The notes beneath the pieces are model-generated. The model ran no database searches. It was not told the DNA's origin and was given only the letters and a program-made list of their open reading frames with translations. Shown here piece by piece: positions 18,801 to 28,095 of a stretch of 64,000 nucleotides of DNA. Made by a program: the position numbers and the translations under genes. Every line of letters starts with the position of its first letter. Positions within the stretch are counted from its first letter, which is position 1. Source of the stretch: Schmidtea nova (Eukaryota); contig CM097883.1 of assembly GCA_044892505.1 (NCBI GenBank), positions 322,958,001 to 323,022,000 on the forward strand, written 5' to 3'.

Positions 18801-21800
18801 TCAGAACTACTGGAAAAAATTCCAGAAGTACTTTTACTACAAGACATAGGAGGACAACCAGCATTACATAACGCCATAAAATGGGGAGAAGTAGAGAGAG
18901 TAAAAGAATTTCTAAAAATCGCTAAGGAAACAAACCAACACCTTGGTTTTGGGAATAGCGAACAAGAAACACCATTAATGGTAGCGGCCATCTACAAATC
19001 GGATAAAGCAATAGTAGACCTTTTGATAAATGCCAATTTCAACTGGACGGAACGCGATAGAGAAAACAAAACAGTCTTGAATCACGCAATATGGAGCTCA
19101 AATCAGATAATGCTCAAACAAATAATCGAGAAGGCCACTTGGGAAATCGACGAACTGATCAAAGGTGATATAATCAAGGAGGCAATAAAAATCGGTAACA
19201 GCAAAACAATACGCAAGCTAATAAAATGGAAAAGATCTGAAAATGATACATGGGTGTTAAATATAAACGAGGTATACAGTGAAGGACAAAACGCGTTATT
19301 ACAATTTCTATTAAAATTCGTTTGTGATCAGAAAACACTGTTAACGTTATTAGATAGAGGAAATATCATAATTTCCAAAAACATAGAGGAGTGTAAATTC
19401 GAAAGTGAAAAAGAAGCATTATTCAGGAATATTAGGGAATGGTGTGCAAAATCGCTAACCAAGACGATAACTTACAAAGATATATCCAGTTTTCATGATA
19501 AATACAAAACGGTGGAGGAAGAGTATGGCAGACTAATAGACATATTAAACCACCCCGAAAAATGCAAACAATTCCTATGTCGAAAGGAAAGAGAAAGCAA
19601 AAGGAAATTTACACCACTTTTCAGCGCAGAGGTACCATATCAAGAAAGGTTGGATGCGATACAAGACAAAGCAAAAGAACTATTACCAGAATTCGAAAAT
19701 TCTAAACATACACTGGAGATACTCGGAGCAATTGTGGAAAAGGTACACGCATACGCGGAAGGAACTTACAATGAAAACGATATGATGATCATAAAAAGAG
19801 AAATGCCAGTAACTTTCTTATTAACAAAGAATGGAGTATTGCCAATACATAGAGCCTTACGAGCAAGAAAAGAGAGGAGGATAGTCGAAATTGCACGGTT
19901 GATGCAAGATTGCGGAAATGACATGAACATGAAAGATAAAAAGGGAGATACCCTCATGATATTCGCAGCAAGAGCGAACACAAAAACCCGAGTGTTACAG
20001 GAACTGTACGAAGCAGGTGCAGGGCTCATGGGAAGAACGGGCAAAGACAGCTCAATACTAGACGTAGCATTGTTAACGCACAATTGGGAGGTGATAAATT
20101 TTATAAAAACAATCACAAATCAGGAAGAAATAGAATACCTTACAAGGACAGTTAAAAAAGCTAGCGTACATTCCATGATGCATAACACTGAACTAACCGA
20201 AGCAATACTCAATTGGATGAACCCAAACACCAATGAACCAGCATTCAGGATCAACGAGTTCATGGAACAAGGCCAAAATTTATATATAAAGTGTGCATTA
20301 ATAATAAACAAATGGCCAAAGATAATAGACATCTTCATGAGAAGAAACGATTTACGATTCACAAACAACCCAAAGGAAACAGAACGTACGGAAAAATGGA
20401 AAGAACTAATGAAAACGTACCTTAATAATTGGATAAAAGCCAAGAAAGAGATTCTAGATTGTAAATTAACCGATAAGGAAATACCTAAACAGGCATTAAC
20501 ACAAGAATATGAAGCAAGTATACTCACAACCATAACGTATGAAAAAATGATAGAAGCAATTAATGTCGAGGACGACATTTTTAACGACCAAAGGGGAGGC
20601 GACAATACAGGAAGCGACGACGATAGTACTCGAGAAAATCCAGAGGATCATGAGTTATCAGATAAAGAGGACAGTGAAGAGAAAGGAAGGGACACAGAGA
20701 AAAATGATAAGAAAAATGAATTTGGGAAACAAAGAAACAACAACTATAAAAATAAAAACGAAGCAAAAAGAACAGGCTACAAACAAACAATAAACCCATT
20801 CCTTAAACCAGAACTATTATTACTAACGGTAATCATGACCTTAATTAGTCCAACTCAAGGAATGATATGTGAAGAAAGAGCGACAATACAAATTAGAAAC
20901 GCAAAAGGAATCGAACGAGTATGTTGGTCAAAAAAGGACAAAATCTCGGGACAAAATAGTCCAATGGATTGCAGGATCTCAGAATACGAACAAGAAATCA
21001 TAGAGATCGATGACTTAGAGCTAGATACTTGGTACAAAATATGCACCATCAGAAAACAAAGGAATCCAAGATCACACAACACAATCGCATGTGCAAACTA
21101 CCTAACACCCAAAGTAACCATAACAGTACAGCAGTCATCCAAAGGAGACTATGTCGTAGGAAAGTGTGGAAGAACAGAGACACAAGGAACAAAAAACAAG
21201 AAACCCCAGACAATAGATAGACGAACAACGCCAACTATACGAATTACAATAGACAAGCCCGAAGCAAGAGTAACCACAAACGAAACCGAAAGAGTGACCT
21301 ACCAAACAGAACTACTATGTTTAGCACTCATATTAACAATGTTAAAACGGTTAGAAGAAGGGATAGACATTGAGACAATGGCAGTAACAGAGATGAACGA
21401 CACCCAAAATACCAACCCAAAGTGTTGGGCCAGAAACAACGAAGAAATTGGCATAAGCGAAATAAAGACGAGTCGGAAAAGGAAAACAAATAAAGTAACC
21501 AAGATATCAAAATTAAAAGCAGACAGGACGTATGAACTATGTTTACTAGAAAAAGAAAGACACAAGAAAGGAACGACAATTTGTAAAACATTTCAACCCG
21601 GGGAAGCAATAAAGTTCATAAGAAGAAGAAGAAATATACGCACCAAACGGAGAACAACTATAATGTTGGAGTTAACCGGAATAGAACCGGACGTCAAAGG
21701 CGTATGCTGGAAGAAGCAGGAAAGGAAAACAAACCAGAATACACCGCCGCAATGTCAAACAAACAGAGGAACAACCACAATACAGATAGAAGGATTAGAA

Positions 21801-22751
21801 AGCAATCAAACGTACGAAATATGCTTGATTAGGAAAAGCGACAAAATAACAGTAAATGAATTGGAATGCAAATTATATAAAACACCCACCAGAACAAGAG
21901 TTGGAAAGACAACGCGAAAAAGTAGAAGACAACGGAACAAAGGAAAAGCGAGGTATACCACTACTTTTAAACCTAATGGACAACAGAAAAACCAAGAAAT
22001 ACAAATAAAAGCCGAAAAGAATACTACAGCAACTCTTATACTATGGAGAATAGACAATAAAACGTTAGAAATATGTTGGGTAATAGTTCAGAAACAAAGG
22101 GAAAGACAGCCACGAAACTGTGGAAACGTGAAAGGAAAAGAGGAAATAAGTATCAGAAATCTGAAATTCAATAGCGAATACGAGATATGTGCGATAGAAA
22201 AGACGGACATATTGGGAAATCAGCAGGAAAGATGCGAAACGTACTACACACCGGTAAACTCAACGTCCAAAGGGAAAGTGAGAAAACTCGAATTTAGAGA
22301 ATTAAGTCAGACAACGGAACAAATGGACGCAGAACAAGTAGTAATAGACCCTTACGCAAGATGGACGCCGGAAGAAGTAATTAAAGAAGTTAAAAGAAAA
22401 CAACAAGAACGAGAACAACTACTAAATAAACTAAAGGGACAATACGGACCAATGATTAACCAAAGTGAAATTACAAAGATAGACACAAACAAACAAGTTA
22501 GAGAACTAATTGGTCTAGGAATACTAGCAGCAACTATTCCAGTAATAACAGTGTTATTAATAATATGGATATACGATGTACTCAACAAGAAACCAATAAC
22601 ACATTGGCCAGATATAAAAATTATGAACTACAGAATAGAATTACCGGAAGAAGTACAGAAAGAATTTCAAAGGAGGACGAAAGGTAAAGAATTTTGGAGA
22701 CAAATAGAAGATGAAGAGCGGTACGAAGGAAAGACAGTGATGGTGATATAG
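15798..22751 (+). CDS. pol: Pol (RT, RNase H, integrase with GPY/F) extended by ankyrin clusters and an FN3-repeat membrane protein
   Basis: Frame is open from 15798 (…LIEYKDIF…PIALRPYKL…) although the ORF track starts at 16047. Motifs: YIDDLLI (RT), TDASGYAAGAVL (RH), HDGKLGGH..CLTC, MDVIGP/TDQGTNF/GQTERFN (IN), GPY. ANK motifs at ~18840-20340, signal-like segment ~20810-20861, FN3-like repeats ~20862-22260, TM ~22506-22574. Confidence 0.95.
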   Translation, partial: EREKKDEEPTWNIDSQLLNEDQKKQLERLLIEYKDIFAASDLDLGTCDVTLHTIPLTDETPIALRPYKLAEAQKSVAEAEVQKMLDAEVIEPSCSPWQFPVVMVKKKDGTQRFCIDYRRLNAVTKRDTYPLPDINEMLLTLQGAAYFTSLDLKSGYWQIKMKEEDKEKTAFTIGRDLYQFRKMPFGLTNAPASFQRCMNFVTHGIKQCMVYIDDLLIYSSTFEQHIQDIRDVFVRLRQWKLKLKPSKCDWAKEKVTFLGHIVSAKGKEPDPRNIDKVKECPVPKTITQIQEFLGLCGYYRKFIKDYAGIAKPIQELVKKDVSFIWGSEQQTAFETLRDKLITAPILVHPDFKKPFLLATDASGYAAGAVLGQYDDESKERVIGYYSRTFKKHEKNYSVTEREALAIILAIKHFKYLLWGHVICITTDHQPLVWLGQHKETSSRLMRWAMQLQEYSPDIKFKSGKANANADCMSRLTFPELTDPEVQRICIVIAEDLDFSELKKDQQEDKELGPIKEFLSSRNMDVFKDNAELKEHMRKYQHRYTIEKGWLLIQDGEKRLMCLPGNRRKEIITQYHDGKLGGHMSDKKTLDRMRQKYYWPTMDEDVKEWIKNCLTCATRKDSGKKWKNPLKPMPIPAEPMTTIAMDVIGPLPESLNGNQYILVITDYLTKFPEAFAMPDQKAKTVARILVEEICCRYGTPKQILTDQGTNFMSEILDEVTNYFRIAKLRTSPYHPQTNGQTERFNGTLIRMLSNYVSKHQTDWDEYVKLCLMAYRMSIHAATKLSPFQLMYGRECNMPIDLEYQPPLSQYMEEDDYVTKFKERMQEIWKTAELNIKFYQESYKDLHDQKKNVKTNNLKPGDWVMIETPEIIPGTVKKLQRPGKGPYEVIYKKENNVKVKLVNRPLIRPIYVNTCRCKKVPKTITTAPEERIITRSQTARMNMLRATNESTEAENNQQEKRNKEIVLKAREIMGKWHVRDDILRDIQLIISDYARGLPTKPVISELLEKIPEVLLLQDIGGQPALHNAIKWGEVERVKEFLKIAKETNQHLGFGNSEQETPLMVAAIYKSDKAIVDLLINANFNWTERDRENKTVLNHAIWSSNQIMLKQIIEKATWEIDELIKGDIIKEAIKIGNSKTIRKLIKWKRSENDTWVLNINEVYSEGQNALLQFLLKFVCDQKTLLTLLDRGNIIISKNIEECKFESEKEALFRNIREWCAKSLTKTITYKDISSFHDKYKTVEEEYGRLIDILNHPEKCKQFLCRKERESKRKFTPLFSAEVPYQERLDAIQDKAKELLPEFENSKHTLEILGAIVEKVHAYAEGTYNENDMMIIKREMPVTFLLTKNGVLPIHRALRARKERRIVEIARLMQDCGNDMNMKDKKGDTLMIFAARANTKTRVLQELYEAGAGLMGRTGKDSSILDVALLTHNWEVINFIKTITNQEEIEYLTRTVKKASVHSMMHNTELTEAILNWMNPNTNEPAFRINEFMEQGQNLYIKCALIINKWPKIIDIFMRRNDLRFTNNPKETERTEKWKELMKTYLNNWIKAKKEILDCKLTDKEIPKQALTQEYEASILTTITYEKMIEAINVEDDIFNDQRGGDNTGSDDDSTRENPEDHELSDKEDSEEKGRDTEKNDKKNEFGKQRNNNYKNKNEAKRTGYKQTINPFLKPELLLLTVIMTLISPTQGMICEERATIQIRNAKGIERVCWSKKDKISGQNSPMDCRISEYEQEIIEIDDLELDTWYKICTIRKQRNPRSHNTIACANYLTPKVTITVQQSSKGDYVVGKCGRTETQGTKNKKPQTIDRRTTPTIRITIDKPEARVTTNETERVTYQTELLCLALILTMLKRLEEGIDIETMAVTEMNDTQNTNPKCWARNNEEIGISEIKTSRKRKTNKVTKISKLKADRTYELCLLEKERHKKGTTICKTFQPGEAIKFIRRRRNIRTKRRTTIMLELTGIEPDVKGVCWKKQERKTNQNTPPQCQTNRGTTTIQIEGLESNQTYEICLIRKSDKITVNELECKLYKTPTRTRVGKTTRKSRRQRNKGKARYTTTFKPNGQQKNQEIQIKAEKNTTATLILWRIDNKTLEICWVIVQKQRERQPRNCGNVKGKEEISIRNLKFNSEYEICAIEKTDILGNQQERCETYYTPVNSTSKGKVRKLEFRELSQTTEQMDAEQVVIDPYARWTPEEVIKEVKRKQQEREQLLNKLKGQYGPMINQSEITKIDTNKQVRELIGLGILAATIPVITVLLIIWIYDVLNKKPITHWPDIKIMNYRIELPEEVQKEFQRRTKGKEFWRQIEDEERYEGKTVMVI

Positions 22752-22789
22752 GAGGCGGGATATGACTGTAAATAATAGTGTAAATAACA

Positions 22790-23290
22790 ATGCATTACCG
22801 TAATAGTATGGGTATCGATATTATAAAAATACAAAAAGAGAAACCGAAAACGATTAATGTATATAATTTAGAAATGAACGAACAGGAAGAAATAGCAGAA
22901 ACTACTATGGCTATGCGATGGAAAGCCCAGTGTGACATGTTAATACGAACGATCAACTCACTACAAAATCAGTTAATTGAGAAACAGAATTTGTTATCCG
23001 AAAGTTATAATAATAGTTTTGAACAACTCCACAGAATCGAGGAGCAACAGAGATTGATAACGCAACTTACCAGAGAGAATCAAATGATGAGCGACATAAA
23101 TCAGAGACAAGCAATAGAGATAGACCGTTTAACAATGGGAGAGACAGAAGAAGCAGAGGATGGATGGACAAATTGGGCAATAAACAGATCAGAAAATGAC
23201 CCAGAACCAGATTCAACAAACGAGCCGTGGATAAATAAAGCGAAAAATTGTAAATATGTAAAAACAAAAACAAGAAAAATCAAAAAATAG
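22790..23290 (+). CDS. 166-aa coiled-coil accessory protein, unknown function
   Basis: Heptad-rich LQNQLIEKQNLL…LITQLTRENQ; same strand and codon bias as the element. Confidence 0.7.
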   Translation: MHYRNSMGIDIIKIQKEKPKTINVYNLEMNEQEEIAETTMAMRWKAQCDMLIRTINSLQNQLIEKQNLLSESYNNSFEQLHRIEEQQRLITQLTRENQMMSDINQRQAIEIDRLTMGETEEAEDGWTNWAINRSENDPEPDSTNEPWINKAKNCKYVKTKTRKIKK

Positions 23291-23321
23291 ATAACAAATC
23301 AAGTGTATATATCATTGTAGA

Positions 23322-24698
23322 ATGAATACAGAAGGAAAAGCCGAAGAGCGGATAATCGAAATTTTGAGAGCCGAGAACAGGAAATGGAGTCAGAGACTCA
23401 CTTGTGTAAATTGTAAAAACATAATATTGAAACCAAGACAAACCCTATGCGGATGCAGAGTATGTACCAAATGCATACACGAGTTAAGTATGAAAAGACC
23501 ACCAGAATGTCCAGAATGCAAAGGACAAATAAAATTCGAAGAAACCAGACCAGATAGAGCAACTCAGAGAGAAATCATGAACACGAAAACCGAATGTATA
23601 AATCAACCATGTATATGGCAAGGACAAATACGCGATCTCGAGAACCATCTGGAGAACTGCGAAAAGAAAACTGAATGTAACAAATGCCAACAAAAAATAA
23701 CTATAAAGAATAAAGAGCAGCACAAAGATGAATGTAAAGAAGAGGAAAGTCTATGCGAATATTGTGGAACTCGAGAAACGAGGAGAAAGATCGAAGAAGA
23801 ACACCTGAATGTAAAAGAGGAGAAAGTATGTAGACAATATGTAGGAATATGTTCAAACGAATGCGAGATAACGGTAGAAGTAAAATTACAAGAACATTGG
23901 AAAGTGTGCACGGAGAAACCAAGGGAATGTCCTTATAACAAACAGGGATGTATGGAGAAAAGAACGCAACAAACCATGAAACAACATCTGGAGGAAGCAT
24001 TGCTAAAGCATGCGGAAATGACAAACGAAGCAACAAAAGAAACCGAACAAACGATCAAAAAATTAGAAAGAGAAATAGAGTCACACAAGATAATGGTAAG
24101 CCTACTGTTGGAAACCAGAGAGCAATTCGAACTAACACGAGAAAAAATGAAGAGAAAGATAAAAGCTATTGAAGAATTGGCTAAAGGAATGAAAATCCAA
24201 TACAACAAACTCACCCAGGATACCGAGGAAAAGCTACCAATCGCACCATACGTATGGAAAGTGACAGATTTTAGAGACAAATTAACACAGGCCCGAAACA
24301 TGACGAAAACAGCAGTAATAAGCCCACCATTTTATTTATGGAGAAACGGAGCTAAAGTGAGATTGAAGCTATACCCAAATGGAGACGGAAGAGGACGAGG
24401 AACACATGTGTCAATATTTTTCTCGCTATGTAAAGGAGAATACGACGACCTAGTAGAATGGCCCTTGAAAGTAGGAGTCATTGTAAGAATCAGAAGTGTA
24501 ACAAAACCAGTAGAAAAATTCTTTGAGACAGAGAAACATGCGAGTACAAGCGAGAAACCAACCACAGAATGTGGATTAGCAGCGGGAGAACCGATGTTTA
24601 TAACGAAAGAAAGCCTATGGGAACGATTATATGCAGACACCCTATATATAGAAATGGAAAGGAACGAGAAAGCGGATAGAAAAGGATGGTTGACGTAA
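23322..24698 (+). CDS. TRAF: Full-length intronless TRAF-family protein (RING, TRAF zinc fingers, coiled coil, MATH/TRAF-C)
   Basis: RING CVNC..KPRQTLCGCRVCTKC..CPEC, then PDRATQREI and zinc fingers. MATH domain YVWKVTDF…SPPFY…KLYPNGDGRGRGTHVSIFFSLCKGEYDDLVEWP parallels TRAF2/3/5. Confidence 0.95.
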   Translation: MNTEGKAEERIIEILRAENRKWSQRLTCVNCKNIILKPRQTLCGCRVCTKCIHELSMKRPPECPECKGQIKFEETRPDRATQREIMNTKTECINQPCIWQGQIRDLENHLENCEKKTECNKCQQKITIKNKEQHKDECKEEESLCEYCGTRETRRKIEEEHLNVKEEKVCRQYVGICSNECEITVEVKLQEHWKVCTEKPRECPYNKQGCMEKRTQQTMKQHLEEALLKHAEMTNEATKETEQTIKKLEREIESHKIMVSLLLETREQFELTREKMKRKIKAIEELAKGMKIQYNKLTQDTEEKLPIAPYVWKVTDFRDKLTQARNMTKTAVISPPFYLWRNGAKVRLKLYPNGDGRGRGTHVSIFFSLCKGEYDDLVEWPLKVGVIVRIRSVTKPVEKFFETEKHASTSEKPTTECGLAAGEPMFITKESLWERLYADTLYIEMERNEKADRKGWLT

Positions 24699-24810
24699 AA
24701 CGAGAAGTGATCATGTAAATAATATGTACAGTTAAATACCCAAAAATTATTATATAAACAAAAATAACTGATATATAAACCGATTAAAATTTTTTTCTGT
24801 AATTATAGCA

Positions 24811-25872
24811 ATGGGAAATATCGAAGTATGCTTACAGGAAATTACGATGCATCAAGCAGAAGCGATTAGCGATCATCTAGAACAGATTGAAATATGGGTC
24901 AATGCATATTATGGAAAGCAAGAGGAGGTAGAGAGACAAGCCGAATTATTAAAAGAAGCGGAAAGATCAAGTCAAAGAATTCGAGAAAAAATAGAAGAAG
25001 TATACAAAATGCTACAACAACAAAAGGAATATTACCAGGGAATGATGAAAGAGCGACGAGAGGAAAGAGACAGACAGCAGATGGAAGCTGAACACAAGAT
25101 GTATTCGATTACAGAACAAGCAAGATACTGGAAGAAAGAAGCAAAAGAATCTTACGAAAAAGCTAAAGAAATAATAGAAAAGACAGCGTATAGTGATGAC
25201 TGGAAGTTATATAAAGAGATCGACGAATTAAAAGACGAGTTAGAACAGAAAATCCACCAAGAAGTGTTGAATAAGAGATGGAATACAAAGAGACAGCAAT
25301 TTATCCGGGAACAAGCAAAGAAAATTAAAGGACTAACCTATCAAGTTCAAAGAATGGGAGAAGAACTAGCTAATCAGGAACAACTGAAAATTATGCTCAC
25401 CGGAATATGGAATCAGAAAGAAGAAGAGATGAAGAGAGATATAAATGGTTATCAAGGAGTGATTACCCAGAAGAAAATAGAGCTAAAAAGAACCAGAGAA
25501 AGGTTAAAGGAAGCGAAGCAAAGTTATGAGGAAAATTTAACGAATTTGATGAAAGAAAACGAAGAATTGAAACAGAAACGAGTAACAGTACCAGCAATAC
25601 CCAAAGAAGCAAGTATAACGGCAGCCGTAACAAAAATGATGAAAGAAGACGAACAAAAGACAAAAGTAATCGAATTAGAGAAGCAAATAGAAACATTAAC
25701 AGAACAAGCAAATTACCTAGAATATTTGCTGGACGAGGAGATCCAGATATCTCACATGTATCGAGATGAAGTCGAAATGTGGAGGAGAAGGGTTGTTTGG
25801 ATACCACTCCCCACGAACCAAGTAGAGCCTCAGGACGAAGGTTTCTACGAACCAAACGAGACGATTGTGTAA
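24811..25872 (+). CDS. 353-aa long coiled-coil accessory protein
   Basis: Almost continuous E/K/Q-rich heptads; pyrimidine tract plus ATAG just before the ATG; AATAAA overlaps the stop. Confidence 0.75.
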   Translation: MGNIEVCLQEITMHQAEAISDHLEQIEIWVNAYYGKQEEVERQAELLKEAERSSQRIREKIEEVYKMLQQQKEYYQGMMKERREERDRQQMEAEHKMYSITEQARYWKKEAKESYEKAKEIIEKTAYSDDWKLYKEIDELKDELEQKIHQEVLNKRWNTKRQQFIREQAKKIKGLTYQVQRMGEELANQEQLKIMLTGIWNQKEEEMKRDINGYQGVITQKKIELKRTRERLKEAKQSYEENLTNLMKENEELKQKRVTVPAIPKEASITAAVTKMMKEDEQKTKVIELEKQIETLTEQANYLEYLLDEEIQISHMYRDEVEMWRRRVVWIPLPTNQVEPQDEGFYEPNETIV

Positions 25873-25955
25873 ATAAAGCGGAAAATATAATTTTTGTAAA
25901 TAATTATATGAAATGTAGTGTCAAATTGTATTGACCTATCTGTAAAGAAAACAGT

Positions 25956-26510
25956 ATGAAAAAGCTCAGAATACCGATATTCCTATACCTAATAACAATC
26001 ACCCTACAAAGAGAAGATCTTCAACTCACAGAGAAGGAGCTACGAGCCCTACCCGAGAAAACCTATCAAGAGCTAGATAAACTAATCAGCGAAGCAACAC
26101 AAGAAAACACCCAACTTCAACAGATAACATTAGGCAAACCAAACGACGAAAAATTTCAACAGGTCCTATATGAACATCGAATCAAATTGAAAACAATCAG
26201 AAAAACCCTAAAAGAAGGTCGAGAACCCATAAAAAGCTTAGCCCAAGCAGAGACAGAATATCAAGAAAAATGGATCATCGCAATTATAATAATCCTTGCA
26301 CTCAGCGTGACCATTATCGCATTCACAATCCTCATAACATCATACCGAGTGAAGATCCTAAAACAAAAACAAGTCATCCTGAATCGAACAACAATACAAG
26401 ACATCAGAACCCAAAAAACGAATGAGAAAACATCTCAACCGAATCCAAAGCCACTACGAACTACGAACAATCAGCGAAAGAACCCCAATCCAATCCAATA
26501 CCAATCATGA
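25956..26510 (+). CDS. 184-aa predicted type I membrane protein
   Basis: N-terminal hydrophobic MKKLRIPIFLYLITITL, helical ectodomain, TM WIIAIIIILALSVTIIAFTILITSY and basic tail. Confidence 0.72.
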   Translation: MKKLRIPIFLYLITITLQREDLQLTEKELRALPEKTYQELDKLISEATQENTQLQQITLGKPNDEKFQQVLYEHRIKLKTIRKTLKEGREPIKSLAQAETEYQEKWIIAIIIILALSVTIIAFTILITSYRVKILKQKQVILNRTTIQDIRTQKTNEKTSQPNPKPLRTTNNQRKNPNPIQYQS

Positions 26511-26698
26511 AATCAAAGAGCTTGTGTAAAACTGATAAATTACATTCACTTTATGTATGATCCACTTACATTTAACAATAACATAACTTTGTGCTTACGT
26601 ATAAACTCTATCACCTTATGTGATTCTTTGTGTATATGTAAATTGACATTTATCTGCTTAATTTTTATGTATGATGATATAGTTGTAAATGTATAATT

Positions 26699-26733
26699 AA
26701 TTGCGGGACGCAATTTTAGGGGTCCCCGAGTGA
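26699..26733 (+). promoter_or_regulatory. Plus-strand priming region (atypical PPT)
   Basis: AATTGCG-GGA-CGCAATT hairpin, then TTTTAGGGGTCCCCGAGTGA directly before the 3' LTR; only a short purine run. Confidence 0.45.
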
Positions 26734-28095
26734 TGTTGGGCCAGCCAAATAGAGGGAAAAGTGAAATAAAAGTAGAATAATTAAAACAAAAAGAGAAAAA
26801 TAAGGTAAAAAGGGGGAATATTAATTTGTTAAAAGAAAAGAGTAATATAGTTAAAATATAGATAAATTAAGAACAAACTATAAATAAAAATAAATGAATT
26901 TCTAGATATTAACGGGCCCAGGAGGCATCTAAAAACAAAATAAATACAAATAATAATAATTAAAACCAAATAAAAGTACTTGTTATTGAATAATTGTTTT
27001 TGAAACCCAGACCTCCGAGGAAGAATACAATCTAAAAAATAAAAATTAATTAGAATCAAAAATAATAATCAAACCCACCATGAAACTGGCCGAACCTGAT
27101 TGGTCGGTCTAGACACGACTGATCAGTATAAATACTGATCAGATTTTTCATAAAATCAGACTTTGGTTGAGACTAAAATTTAGACGGTGTAAAAACTTAG
27201 ACTTGTGTTCAGACGAAAAATTCACATTAGATTGTACATTGCTCCGACCGAGATCACCACTAAGTTGATATTAACCAGGCTGATTTTCAATAGACGATCA
27301 CCGTTTAGACCGATTTTAATCAAACCAATTTTCGGGATTCAATTTAGGTATTTTTGATATATTTACGTTTATTATTGATATTGTTGTATTCATATGTCAT
27401 CACATTAAAATTTATTGATTATTTATCTCATTATGATTTATGTTTATATTTAAAATATATAATGATCATATTAATTTTGCGCCGTTGGGAGCTCTAGGTT
27501 CCCAAGGTGTCAGTCCGTGGCGTGGTGCTCGAGGGCTCCACACACGGTAAAGTAATAAATAACCAAATATGATTTTATTAGTAGTGGTCGAGATTTGCAC
27601 ATGGGACACCCAACGAATCCGGGGAATTATTTTCCGATCATTTTAGCTATAGAGGAGGCGATTTTCAGATAAAGTCTAACGATGTAGGATAGGAAAGAAT
27701 TTTTGACTGTGAGGAGGCACAATTTTTCACCCTCACCACAGCACAGTCACTAAACCGCAGAAAATTATGTCGACCGCATTTGATACGAAAGGGGCGTCTT
27801 TCGAGTAAGTTAGGGAATACATGATGTGAGAGAGTTTCCGTTTTGAGGTATCAATGTTTCAATATCCAAGCAGACAAATCACCATTTTTCGACTATATTA
27901 TTGAACAAGAACAGATAAATCTAAGCATACACGAGAGCAATGTATACCGTAACAAGCAACAGTTTTTCTTGATTTCAGTTAAGGTCTAAGGGGAAGGCAA
28001 ATAATAAAGGCATCACGATGAGAGATAACATCTACTATAATTAATTATTGATTTAAATTGTTAACTATTATAAAATTCAGCATCGTTCTAGTATC

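Noticed and set aside
7046-25855. Dozens of minus-strand ORFs rich in F/L/S/V, plus short alternative-frame plus-strand ORFs
   Set aside because: They are shadows of the A-rich sense strand and carry no motifs.
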